From Candidatus Collierbacteria bacterium RIFCSPLOWO2_01_FULL_50_23 (GTDB taxonomy: Bacteria > Patescibacteriota > Microgenomatia > UBA1400 > MFAQ01): a DNA stretch of 34,669 bases. Position numbers and translations under genes: made by a program. Below are positions 9,891 through 19,045 of this stretch, in pieces. A model generated the notes under the pieces. The model was not told the origin of the DNA and made no database searches. It saw only the letters and a list, made by a program, of their open reading frames with translations. The stretch spans positions 67,488-102,156 of the forward strand of contig MFAI01000036.1 in the NCBI GenBank assembly GCA_001774555.1. The letters run 5' to 3'. Position 1 is the first letter of the stretch; each line of letters opens with the position of its first letter.

Positions 9891-10715
9891 TCACCCTCTC
9901 CAGGATGTAGTCAAAAATGCAATCAGAATAATAATTAAATTAAATATCACGAATTCAAGGTAGTTTACCGCCATCATCTTGTTCACCAATCGTTGTTCGA
10001 GGATACCCAGGAGGGCATAAAAACACGAAGTCAGCACTAAACCACCCATAAACGGTCCGATCGGCCAAAATGATATTACGCAGCCAAATAAACCCATTAA
10101 CCAACCAATGACGATCGAGAGGCGGTAGACATCGTCCAAATGTTCTGTTTTCAAATCTACACTCCAAAGACTTTCAAAAGAAAGAAGCAGACTAACCAAC
10201 CCCACTATTACTCCGATGATGTAAAAAGGTAGTTTCAAACTAAAGGCAACGGCGAAAAAGAAAAGCGATACCACCAGTGCCAAGATAAAACTCACTGACC
10301 GTGCCGCCCGAAATAGCTGGATCGTCCTGATCGAGGCGACCGAAAAAATATTTTCGGTCAACAAAACCGCATACATTCCAAAAACATATAAAACAATAAA
10401 GATAAAACGGACGACCGCGCCCAAAAAGAGCGATGTTTCAATCTGAAAGCTAAGCCCGAATATCGAAGGAATTGCGCTTGGCAAAAGATTGCCAAAAAGA
10501 CCTGTCCCCAAAGTAAACAAAACCGGGAGAATGAGCAGGGTAACCCATTCCCAACCCTTCAGATCCTCAAACAAAACCCACGCGGACAAAACATAAGCAA
10601 TGCCAGAGACAGAAAGCACCAAGGCCAACCTTTTCTCTACTCCAAACAATCCAGTCAACCAAAGAAAAAAACCTAAAATGAGAGAAATAATAAAAAAACG
10701 GGCTCGCTTACTCAT
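9891..10715 (-). CDS. Multi-pass membrane protein of unknown function
   Basis: About 9 hydrophobic segments; overlaps the yebC stop. Confidence 0.85.
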   Translation of the reverse strand: MSKRARFFIISLILGFFLWLTGLFGVEKRLALVLSVSGIAYVLSAWVLFEDLKGWEWVTLLILPVLFTLGTGLFGNLLPSAIPSIFGLSFQIETSLFLGAVVRFIFIVLYVFGMYAVLLTENIFSVASIRTIQLFRAARSVSFILALVVSLFFFAVAFSLKLPFYIIGVIVGLVSLLLSFESLWSVDLKTEHLDDVYRLSIVIGWLMGLFGCVISFWPIGPFMGGLVLTSCFYALLGILEQRLVNKMMAVNYLEFVIFNLIIILIAFLTTSWRG

Positions 10716-11241
10716 AATTCAAATTTGTCCAGACCTCAACCACATCATCATGATTCTCAAGTGCCTCGATCAAAGCAAGACACCTGGAAAGGACGTCCCC
10801 GGTCAAGGTAATCATCGGAACCACCGGATTAATATGTTTTAGATAGGACACAGACCCGGGAGAACCCAAACTTCCATCCGCCTTATCAATTATCGACTTG
10901 ATTTCCCCACCGGTACGATTCCGATTGTCCGTCGCCGACGTAATCAGTAGTCCCACGCCGCCCGGTCCATAGGCCTCATAAACAATTTCTTCCACTTCAC
11001 TGCCGCCACCACCTCCGAGGGCTTTATCGATTGCACGTCGCACATTCTCAGAAGGTATGCTTAGACTGTGGGCTTCATCCAATACCGTCCTCAAAAAAGG
11101 GTTCATTCCGGGATCTCCGGAGTTACCTTTTTTGGCCGCAATCTGTATCTTTTTGGCAATTTTGGTAAAGGCCGCTCCCCTTTTGGAATCTTCAACCGCT
11201 TTTTTATGCTTTATCGTAGACCATTTTGAATGACCTGACAT
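10708..11241 (-). CDS. yebC: YebC/PmpR family protein (short form)
   Basis: The true start is MSGHSKWSTIKHKK at 11241. Motifs YEAYGPGG, TDNRNRT and DDVVEVWTN; 177 aa. Confidence 0.93.
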   Translation of the reverse strand: MSGHSKWSTIKHKKAVEDSKRGAAFTKIAKKIQIAAKKGNSGDPGMNPFLRTVLDEAHSLSIPSENVRRAIDKALGGGGGSEVEEIVYEAYGPGGVGLLITSATDNRNRTGGEIKSIIDKADGSLGSPGSVSYLKHINPVVPMITLTGDVLSRCLALIEALENHDDVVEVWTNLNYE

Positions 11242-11310
11242 AGAACCTATTCTAGCACCAGAATGCTGGGGCTTGACTATCCTTCTTAATATTTCTATCA
11301 TTTACAATCA

Positions 11311-12024
11311 ATGGCTGATCAATCCTCCAATCAAACACCCGAAAGACTAGCCATCACCGCCGCCCTTACCGCCCGATGGGATGACGCCATAAATATCAAC
11401 CAGGAAATTCTCGTCAATAACCCCCACGACACTTCCGCCCTAAACCGACTCGGAATTGCCTATCTCAAAACCAAACAGCCGGGCAATGCCAAAAAAATGT
11501 TTTTAAAGGTCCTCGATCTCGACCCCTTTAACTCGATCGCCAAGACTAACCTCAAAAAAGCGTCTCCAAAATTCAGTAAGGACTATGACAACACCACTCT
11601 TCTTTCAAATCATACTTTTAGTTTTATCGAAGAACCGGGTAAATCAAAGGTTATTCCGTTAAACAACCTAGGCGAACCAAATGTGGTTGCAACTCTTTAC
11701 ACCGGCCTGGAAGTGGAACTGAAAATTGCGGCCAGAAAGGTGAAGGTTGCCAGTAACGACAAGTACATCGGCTGTCTTCCTGATGATATCTCGGTCCACT
11801 TGATCCGGCTCGTCAAGGCGGGATATAAGTATCAGACACTCATCAAGTCAGCTGATACCAATAGTATCCAGGTATATATCAAGGAGGTCAAAAACAGCAA
11901 GCGCCTAAAGGGTACCCCATCCTTCACTTTTAATCACGATCTGAATGAGATGGATAGTTCCGGTGGGGGCCCCACACAGCCTCCTTTGGAAATCTATGAT
12001 CCGATTGTCGAATCGGAAATTTGA
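11311..12024 (+). CDS. TPR-repeat protein with a possible HIRAN-like C-terminal domain
   Basis: TPR pattern ALNRLGIAY...LDLDPFNSIAKTNL, followed by KYIGCLPDD. Confidence 0.8.
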   Translation: MADQSSNQTPERLAITAALTARWDDAININQEILVNNPHDTSALNRLGIAYLKTKQPGNAKKMFLKVLDLDPFNSIAKTNLKKASPKFSKDYDNTTLLSNHTFSFIEEPGKSKVIPLNNLGEPNVVATLYTGLEVELKIAARKVKVASNDKYIGCLPDDISVHLIRLVKAGYKYQTLIKSADTNSIQVYIKEVKNSKRLKGTPSFTFNHDLNEMDSSGGGPTQPPLEIYDPIVESEI

Positions 12025-12059
12025 AGCTACCACCAAAATCCCGACGTACTTCTTCTGGA

Positions 12060-12962
12060 TTAGTCCCCTCTCCCCAATACAATCACCAGGTCTGATTTTG
12101 TATCTCGATCAATATAATCCTTCAATAGGTTTTTCTTCTGTGCCGGCTTGCAAAAAAACGAATTGATCAAAAACTCAGCCGTTTTTGGGTGAACTTTTGT
12201 GTCCCCCCAAATCAGGCAAGACTCTTTTTCCTCTTTCTTGGCAGTCAAGACGTCGATGACGCGGGTGCCCGCCGATTCGATTTGTCTGGCGCCCTGTCTG
12301 GCACGACCCCCCTTGCCCGTGGCGTTAACAACCGTTACCTCAGCGGTCTCCGAAAGAACCCCGTCTACCACCCACTGATTTCTACTCCAGACGAATACCG
12401 CCGCATTGAGTCTGTATATCGTTTTACCATCAGGCTCCTCGATGATATCCATGACGTTTTTAGGTAAACTCACCGACAAAGACATCGTTTTGCCCAACAA
12501 TTCATTTACGTCTTTCAGCAAAAGGTAGCGGTCAATCAGACTCAAGTTGGTCTTAGCAGAAAAAGACAATAGTCCTTCCCGTAAACCCGTCAAAGAAAAC
12601 TCCACATTCGACTTAACCACCCCAGCGACAACCACCCCCAGAGCTTGTCCAATGCTGGTTCTAGCCACGTTGCTGGGATCAGGAAGAGGTAAACCAATCT
12701 TGTAAATTGCTTCCATCTGATATTCTCCCCCGTTTGCACCGATCGGGATCGATAAATTATTTGGTAAACGCATCAGGCTGACAACCCCCGAGTTTTGTCT
12801 GATTGATACTATCCCCATGCCGCCCTCGCCGATCAACAAAAGATTTATCCCCAGTTTGGCATTATATATATTCCGCCGCAGAGCACCCAAAAGGACCATC
12901 AGGGCTACCAAGATCAGAAAAACCACGCCAGCGATGTGAAAAAATTTATATAGTCTAGACAT
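12060..12962 (-). CDS. Membrane-anchored LCP-like protein with a LytR_C domain
   Basis: N-terminal TM; C-terminal VTVVNATG..G.A and DLVIVLG. Confidence 0.75.
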   Translation of the reverse strand: MSRLYKFFHIAGVVFLILVALMVLLGALRRNIYNAKLGINLLLIGEGGMGIVSIRQNSGVVSLMRLPNNLSIPIGANGGEYQMEAIYKIGLPLPDPSNVARTSIGQALGVVVAGVVKSNVEFSLTGLREGLLSFSAKTNLSLIDRYLLLKDVNELLGKTMSLSVSLPKNVMDIIEEPDGKTIYRLNAAVFVWSRNQWVVDGVLSETAEVTVVNATGKGGRARQGARQIESAGTRVIDVLTAKKEEKESCLIWGDTKVHPKTAEFLINSFFCKPAQKKNLLKDYIDRDTKSDLVIVLGRGD

Positions 12963-14622
12963 ATACCCCGGTCATCTCTTCCTGTTGATACTTCCGATAA
13001 GATTCAAAATCTTCTTTTTCGCAAACACCTTTCCTGATCAAGTCGCCTAGGTGTAAACCTCCAACGAAATGGGGAAAAATAACATAGGTCGCCCCGGCGG
13101 CATACAGCTTCTGTGCATCCTCAACCGACTCGGCGTCCATAACCACACTCGCCCTCAATCTTCTTCTCTTCAATTCCGAAAGCATTATTAGGTTATCTTT
13201 GATGTCTCTGAGAGTTGAGATCACCATCTTCGCTTTTGTTAGGTTCAATCGGTCATACATCTCAGTATCAGACGCATCAGCATAGATTACTTCATAGCCC
13301 TCACTTGTAAGACGAGATACGGCCTCGGGGTCAAAATCAACGATTAGCATCTTTTGCTTGTTTTTAGCAAGATGCCTCAACAGACTTCTCCCCATTCGGT
13401 GGCAACCAAACAGGACAATGCGATCGCCAATCACTTTCTTAACCTCGTCCTCACCGGATAAGTTATCCTTCCAGAAAAACCTTAGCAGTGGTTTCATCAA
13501 ACGATAAACACTTTCGTTATCGAGAATCAGGTAACCCGAAACAACCATTGTGATCAATCCAACCAAAGATACTAATGAGAGCTCGCTACCATTCAATAGA
13601 CCGACTTTGTTCCCAATCCCAACCATAATAAAACTAAACTCTGAAATCTGACCGAAAAGAATACCGGTGTTAAATGCAACCCGCTGTTTATAACCAAGGC
13701 AGCGCATCAAAAACCAAATTATGATTGGTTTGAGAAAGATTACCGCCAAAGATAGGTAAATAGCGGTTATCACAATCGAAAAATCAAGTCTTAGATTCAG
13801 ACCCAGACCCACGAAGAATATTGTCAAAAAGAAATCTCTAATCGGCTTAATCTTTGTGGCGATGTGGGAGTGTTCGAAACTTCCCGATAACGCCAGCCCG
13901 GCCAAAAAACCGCCGATCTCCAAGGACAAACCAATTACCGGAGATGCGATCAGGCTTGCCAGAACGAAGCACCAAGCAAGACTAAAAAGAATCAGTTCGT
14001 CCATGGACCGGGCTACTTTGTGTAAAAGCTTCGGCATTACCCTCCGCGCCATCAAAATGGTCAAACCTGCCAGAACCAATACTTTCACAGACAGCGTCAT
14101 CGGGTCGTTCCCCTCCCCCCTCCCCAGAACCAGAAGGATTACGATCGCGGCCAGATCTTGAATCAGAAGCAATGCTACGGCCACCTTTCCGGCCAAACTT
14201 TCAAGGTCATGCTTTTCCGAAAGTAATTTGACGACGATAATCGTGCTGGAAAACGTCAGCGCCGCGGCCAAAAAAAGACTTAGGTTGAGAGAGATTCCCA
14301 TCAGCTTCAAAAGTAAGGAAAAAATGGCAATGGTGAACACGATCTGGGAAAACCCGATCAGAAGAGCCTTCTCCCCCATTTTTTTCACCTCGGCGACATT
14401 CATTTCAAGCCCAACCAAAAAGAGCAACAGCATCACCCCGGCACTACTTAGCATTTCCAAAAAACGGTTGATTTCCCCGCCACGAAGCAAACCCCAGTAT
14501 CCAACCAACAAACCGACCAAAACATGACCGAGAAAAGCCGGTTGGTGAAAAATCCGTGCTACCATCCCGGCACACACCGCCAACCCAAAAACAAAACTAA
14601 AAATCAAAAACGGATTATCCAC
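12955..14622 (-). CDS. CPA2 cation:proton antiporter with a TrkA-N (KTN) domain, KefB/KefC-like
   Basis: LFLVGLE, FSSTIIVVK, LLIQD and GQISEFSF; C-terminal GCHRMG Rossmann domain. Confidence 0.92.
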   Translation of the reverse strand: MDNPFLIFSFVFGLAVCAGMVARIFHQPAFLGHVLVGLLVGYWGLLRGGEINRFLEMLSSAGVMLLLFLVGLEMNVAEVKKMGEKALLIGFSQIVFTIAIFSLLLKLMGISLNLSLFLAAALTFSSTIIVVKLLSEKHDLESLAGKVAVALLLIQDLAAIVILLVLGRGEGNDPMTLSVKVLVLAGLTILMARRVMPKLLHKVARSMDELILFSLAWCFVLASLIASPVIGLSLEIGGFLAGLALSGSFEHSHIATKIKPIRDFFLTIFFVGLGLNLRLDFSIVITAIYLSLAVIFLKPIIIWFLMRCLGYKQRVAFNTGILFGQISEFSFIMVGIGNKVGLLNGSELSLVSLVGLITMVVSGYLILDNESVYRLMKPLLRFFWKDNLSGEDEVKKVIGDRIVLFGCHRMGRSLLRHLAKNKQKMLIVDFDPEAVSRLTSEGYEVIYADASDTEMYDRLNLTKAKMVISTLRDIKDNLIMLSELKRRRLRASVVMDAESVEDAQKLYAAGATYVIFPHFVGGLHLGDLIRKGVCEKEDFESYRKYQQEEMTGVYV

Positions 14623-15340
14623 TCTCCATCCATAATATCAGCTTGGCAGCAGGAACGGGAAGCGGCGCCCCAACCGACTGCCACTCACCCTTTAGATCCA
14701 TAAACCCGATCTTTTGCGCGTGTAAAAAGTGAAAAGGCAAAAGTTTCCGGTCCACAGCAACCTTACTCCTGGTCAGATATTTCTCGTCCGAGAAAACAGG
14801 AAACCCAAGATGCGCCAAATGAACCCTGATTTGGTGGGTTCTGCCCGTTTTAGGAAAGAGCCTGACCAGAGAGTAACTCCCAAAATATTTTTCAACCTTC
14901 CAGGACGTTTCTGCCATCTTACCGCTGTATTTTATTTCCCATTTTTCCCTGTCAAACCGGCTTCGGGAAAGAGGCAAACGAACCGTTCCCTCTTTGGGTG
15001 TTAGGTGACCATGAACCAGGGCCAGATATTCCTTTTTGGTTTCCCGATCATGAAATTGTTTCAATAAGTGTGTCAGAGCGGTCTGATTCTTTGCGATCAG
15101 CAAACAACCGCTAGTCTCCTTATCCAACCGATGGGCCACCCCACACCTTGCCACAAATGTCCTTCGTTCGTTATCAATCAGGGAATCTCCCTCGTTTTTG
15201 ATTTGTAGTCTGCCACAAGCCCAGTCCGCCACCGTCTCACCACTTGCTGACTCGGCCCGGTTTACCACCACAAACGGCGGCTTGTTAATTACAATGATGT
15301 CTTTGTCCTCCCAGAGGACCGGTAATTGCCAATTTGCCAT
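14615..15340 (-). CDS. RluA/RluD-family pseudouridine synthase
   Basis: INKP, catalytic HRLDKETSG, TGRTHQIRVH and LHA. Start placed at MANWQ. Confidence 0.92.
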   Translation of the reverse strand: MANWQLPVLWEDKDIIVINKPPFVVVNRAESASGETVADWACGRLQIKNEGDSLIDNERRTFVARCGVAHRLDKETSGCLLIAKNQTALTHLLKQFHDRETKKEYLALVHGHLTPKEGTVRLPLSRSRFDREKWEIKYSGKMAETSWKVEKYFGSYSLVRLFPKTGRTHQIRVHLAHLGFPVFSDEKYLTRSKVAVDRKLLPFHFLHAQKIGFMDLKGEWQSVGAPLPVPAAKLILWMESG

Positions 15341-15690
15341 ACTACTCCAAGTGTAATTGAAACATCGGCCAAATTGAACCACAACGAAAATAAGAAATTC
15401 CAATGAAGATAATCCCAAACGCTACCCAGCACGACTCTGGACAATCCGTTGGAGAGCCCGCCGACAATAATAAGAAGCCACCCAAAACCGGTTATTCTTT
15501 TGGCAACTGCCAAGGCAAATAGGAGTCCGACCGGAAACAGATATAAATAAGCCGGCAACAAACCATTCGCCAATCCAAAGCTAAAACCGCTATTGCTGGT
15601 CCCCCAGTCTACCGACTTGGTATAAAACTGTAAAAACAAATCAACCAAAACCAATAACAATAGCAAGCCACCCCAAGATGAAAACCTCAC
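15289..15690 (-). CDS. lspA: Lipoprotein signal peptidase II
   Basis: NSGFSFG, GGLSN..R, VWDY and FNLAD. Probable GTG start overlapping the upstream TGA. Confidence 0.85.
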   Translation of the reverse strand: MRFSSWGGLLLLLVLVDLFLQFYTKSVDWGTSNSGFSFGLANGLLPAYLYLFPVGLLFALAVAKRITGFGWLLIIVGGLSNGLSRVVLGSVWDYLHWNFLFSLWFNLADVSITLGVVWQIGNYRSSGRTKTSL

Positions 15691-16100
15691 CTCTTTTTTC
15701 TCGCCTCCACTTCGTTCTCGCAGGCAAAGCAGTATTCTGCCGTCGGTTTGATCGCCAATCTGTCGGTATCGATCATCACTCCACATTTCTCGCAAATCCC
15801 ATAACTCCCGATCTTAATTCTGGTCAAGGTCTTTCGGATATTGATCAAGGATTTGATCAATTCAACCCGTGATGCAAAAACGCGGTCGTGATCGACTTGC
15901 TCCGCCACATCAGCATCAATTGAGTTGTCTTCTTCTCTATTTTTCCCCTTGAAGGGATCTTCTTTTTTCAGGCTGCTTTTTGCTTTCACCAACCTCTTTT
16001 CTTCACCCTTCAAATAATCCATCAATGGCTTCAAAACGTTCATCGGAAAAGAGAACGATAAACCCGTGTTCTTGACGACCTTTTTTGGCTCAGATTTCAT
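15687..16100 (-). CDS. TraR/DksA C4 zinc-finger protein
   Basis: YGICEKCG...RL...P.A.YCFAC, preceded by a coiled coil. Confidence 0.9.
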   Translation of the reverse strand: MKSEPKKVVKNTGLSFSFPMNVLKPLMDYLKGEEKRLVKAKSSLKKEDPFKGKNREEDNSIDADVAEQVDHDRVFASRVELIKSLINIRKTLTRIKIGSYGICEKCGVMIDTDRLAIKPTAEYCFACENEVEARKKR

Positions 16101-16834
16101 TTGGACTTAGTGTACCATCTTCCGAAGATTGGAAGCAACTTGACATCATGAGCTAAACTTCTCCCCGACTGGCGGTATATCAGCATCAAACCCAAAAAAA
16201 CACTCGCCAAACCGAACGGCAGAGCCGACGTTGCGATCACCAACCCGGAAAAAAACAGGAATGCCCCGCAAATGAAACCGGGTCGAGCCTGAGTTTTTCT
16301 GAAGCGATACCAGCCAAAGGTGCGGTACTCCGATTCCAATCTCCAAAGCCAAACAAATATGAGTAAAAAGAACAAAGCTTGGAGGAGCTCGAGCGGAACT
16401 CCAAACACTAGTGAGCCAAGGCCGGCAAATACCCGGCCCAATCTCTCGAAAGCAATGGCTCCGGGAAGACCAAGGGAGGCCAGATCCAGCCCCTCATAAA
16501 ATTTGATCTCTCCCCGCCTGGCAAGCAGGGTAATGCCCAAAAACAGACCAACGAGCAACCCCGCATACTCATAACCCGGGTACTCACGAAGTAGGAAAAC
16601 ACGCAGCCAATTCAACTCGAATATAGAAAGATGAGAGGCGACAAAGCCGATCCTTGCGCCCAGCCAGGAAAACATCCCGGATATGACCGCCAAATCCAGC
16701 AAGCTTTCAACCGGATAGCGGTATTCCAGGCCCTTCTTGTAGACGACAAAACTGTACCAAAAATAACCAACCACCACCAATAAAGACAGGGTGTATACCG
16801 AAAATCCACTGAAAGTAGCCAAGACTTCGCTCAT
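16097..16834 (-). CDS. lgt: Prolipoprotein diacylglyceryl transferase-like protein
   Basis: GARIGFV and ERLG motifs in a multi-TM protein clustered with lspA. Confidence 0.78.
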   Translation of the reverse strand: MSEVLATFSGFSVYTLSLLVVVGYFWYSFVVYKKGLEYRYPVESLLDLAVISGMFSWLGARIGFVASHLSIFELNWLRVFLLREYPGYEYAGLLVGLFLGITLLARRGEIKFYEGLDLASLGLPGAIAFERLGRVFAGLGSLVFGVPLELLQALFFLLIFVWLWRLESEYRTFGWYRFRKTQARPGFICGAFLFFSGLVIATSALPFGLASVFLGLMLIYRQSGRSLAHDVKLLPIFGRWYTKSK

Positions 16835-16864
16835 CCTGTCTATAGTATACTAGAGAGAAACCTT

Positions 16865-17311
16865 ATGCTTTCGATCGCCCACGCTACCACAGGCGCCTTT
16901 ATCGCCACCAAAATCCCCAATCCCTATCTTTCCATTCCCCTGATTCTGGCTTCTCACTTTCTCGAGGATTACATCCCCCATTGGGACGTCGGTCAGGGTT
17001 TGTCCAAAAAAAACAAAGGCCACAAGGACGCTTTTTTGCAAGAGCTTTTTACCGATTTCCCGGCTTCGATACTTTTGGTATTTTTCTTTTTTCAGTACGG
17101 CCAGCCCTTTTCGATTTACCCTTGGCTGGGCTGGTTTTTTGCTCTCCTCCCCGACTTCATCGAGTTCCCTTATCTTTTTCTGGGCTGGCGTTTCACCCCC
17201 ATCAAGCAACTGGCAGCCTTCCACAAATATTTCCATCACTCCACCCCGGAAAAACTGAAGGGGCTCCTGCCCCAAGTCGTCCTGATTCTTCTCATCTACA
17301 TCCTCCGCTAG
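16865..17311 (+). CDS. Membrane protein, putative metal-binding hydrolase
   Basis: HATTG, SHFLEDYIPHWD, LPD and FHKYFH motifs within TM helices. Confidence 0.75.
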   Translation: MLSIAHATTGAFIATKIPNPYLSIPLILASHFLEDYIPHWDVGQGLSKKNKGHKDAFLQELFTDFPASILLVFFFFQYGQPFSIYPWLGWFFALLPDFIEFPYLFLGWRFTPIKQLAAFHKYFHHSTPEKLKGLLPQVVLILLIYILR

Positions 17312-17868
17312 TTAACTCTTCCAATATATGAACCCTCTTCCGTGTTGATCTTGAGCTTGTCCCCCTTCTTGATGAACAGAGGCGCCATGACAGTCAAGCC
17401 GCTCGCTACCTTCACCGGTTTGGTCAGGTTGCTGACACTGTTCCCCTTTTCCCAATGTTCGGCCTCGGTCACTTCCATCACTACCGAGGCGGGCACCTCA
17501 ACACCCAGAACTCGTTCGTTCCAGTAGAGCACCCAGGACTTCTCCCCTTCAACCAGATAACTGATATCGTCACCGACTGTCGAAACGGGTAGCTCGACTT
17601 GCTCGAAGCTGATCGGGTCCATGAAATATATCTTTTCATCGTCTTTGTAGAGATACTGTAAGTGTCTCTTTTCCAAAGCAATGTCTTCAACCATATTTCC
17701 CGACTGAAAGCTCTTGGTGATGATCGAACCGGACACCAGGTTTCTCGCCTTGACCTTGATGGTCGCTCCGCCACGGCCCATCTTGATAAAGTCATACTTC
17801 ATCACCTTCCAGGGCGTCCCTTCATCAACGAAGGTTACTCCGACTTTGAGCTTGTTTACATCGATCAT
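17308..17868 (-). CDS. efp: Elongation factor P
   Basis: 186 aa; KMGRGGA loop, YLY.D, FMD...FEQ and PLFI..GD...INT..G.Y..R. Confidence 0.96.
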   Translation of the reverse strand: MIDVNKLKVGVTFVDEGTPWKVMKYDFIKMGRGGATIKVKARNLVSGSIITKSFQSGNMVEDIALEKRHLQYLYKDDEKIYFMDPISFEQVELPVSTVGDDISYLVEGEKSWVLYWNERVLGVEVPASVVMEVTEAEHWEKGNSVSNLTKPVKVASGLTVMAPLFIKKGDKLKINTEEGSYIGRVN

Positions 17869-17886
17869 ACCGGCTGAATTATACAG

Positions 17887-18897
17887 CTACGCCCTCAAAA
17901 ACTTAAATATACTGGCCTTCTTTCCCGAGACCAGTATCTCGTATTTCTCGGCCAAAGTAAATTTGGAAGTCGTGAGCGCAATCCCCTCAAACCCAATTTC
18001 TCGAGCCACCAGAACGACCATTACTCCCCCGGGTCCCAAAACCCTGCCAAACTCATCGATCATCCGCTTATAAAATGTACCCACATCTCCCAATTTCTCA
18101 TGGTGTCCCCAAGGAGGGTCGGTCACGATCTTGTCCACTGACTCATCTTCGATCTCAGAGAGATTTAAGGCATTTCCGGCACGGATTTTCACCTTCTCGC
18201 GAGTCCAGGACACCTTTTTCGTAAGTAGATTTATTTTACTGACGTCACTATCGATCGCACAAGCGAACTTATAAGGAAAGCTGCTGATTCTTTCCAGGAA
18301 TATCGCCCCGGACCCGCAATAGGGATCAAGAAAAATATCCGATTTTAGTGGGTCAGAGAGACGGCAGAGAACATTAGCCAACCCCAGCTTCAATTCACCC
18401 TCCGTCACTTTTTTCTTTAGTGATGTGATCCTTAATCCGAAAAAAATCGAGCCATCGCTTCGAACCATTACCCAAAATTCACGCTCTCCCTCCACACCCA
18501 ACCACTTCAGACCGGTCCTATTACTGATAAATCTCTCTAGTTTGGCCGACGAATCGTGATCCACACTGACCGTGCGGTTCTCGAAAGAGACCACGAGCTT
18601 AAATGATCCGCCTTTGACCGCGCCCAAACTAGACAGCTTTTCACCCAAGTCCTTATCAGCAAGTAATACTTGAACAGCCTTGTCGCCATCGACACCAATT
18701 AGTTTATCTCGGGAAATCAGAATAAAGCTGTTATTAAAAAATCTGATCTTTCCCACCTGGTGAGAGGGAGTTTTGGTTCGGAAAACTACCAACCCGTCAA
18801 GCAAGAAATCAACTTCGACATCCGCCAAGTCCTCTTTTAACCAACGGTCAGTTACCTTGCCCAGACCAGAAATAAAGGTCGAAAAGAAAGGAAGCAT
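17887..18897 (-). CDS. THUMP/TRM11-like (UPF0020) SAM-dependent RNA methyltransferase
   Basis: DPYCGSG and VTDPPWG motifs. Start moved to the ATG at 18897 because the longer ORF runs across the tRNA. Confidence 0.85.
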   Translation of the reverse strand: MLPFFSTFISGLGKVTDRWLKEDLADVEVDFLLDGLVVFRTKTPSHQVGKIRFFNNSFILISRDKLIGVDGDKAVQVLLADKDLGEKLSSLGAVKGGSFKLVVSFENRTVSVDHDSSAKLERFISNRTGLKWLGVEGEREFWVMVRSDGSIFFGLRITSLKKKVTEGELKLGLANVLCRLSDPLKSDIFLDPYCGSGAIFLERISSFPYKFACAIDSDVSKINLLTKKVSWTREKVKIRAGNALNLSEIEDESVDKIVTDPPWGHHEKLGDVGTFYKRMIDEFGRVLGPGGVMVVLVAREIGFEGIALTTSKFTLAEKYEILVSGKKASIFKFLRA

Positions 18898-18946
18898 ACG
18901 CGCCAATCTTAACAGATTCAGCCTAGCTGTGAGATAATAGACATAT

Positions 18947-19034
18947 GCCTGGGTGGTGAAACTGGCAAACACGCAGGTCTCAAAAACCTGTGAGGTAAAA
19001 TCTCTTGCGGGTTCGATTCCCGCCCCAGGCACCA
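18947..19034 (+). tRNA. tRNA-Leu(CAA)
   Basis: Acceptor stem gcctggg/cccaggc plus ACCA; anticodon arm caggt-ctCAAaa-acctg; long variable arm; GGTTCGATTCC T-arm. Confidence 0.97.
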
Positions 19035-19045
19035 AAGTCGCGCTA

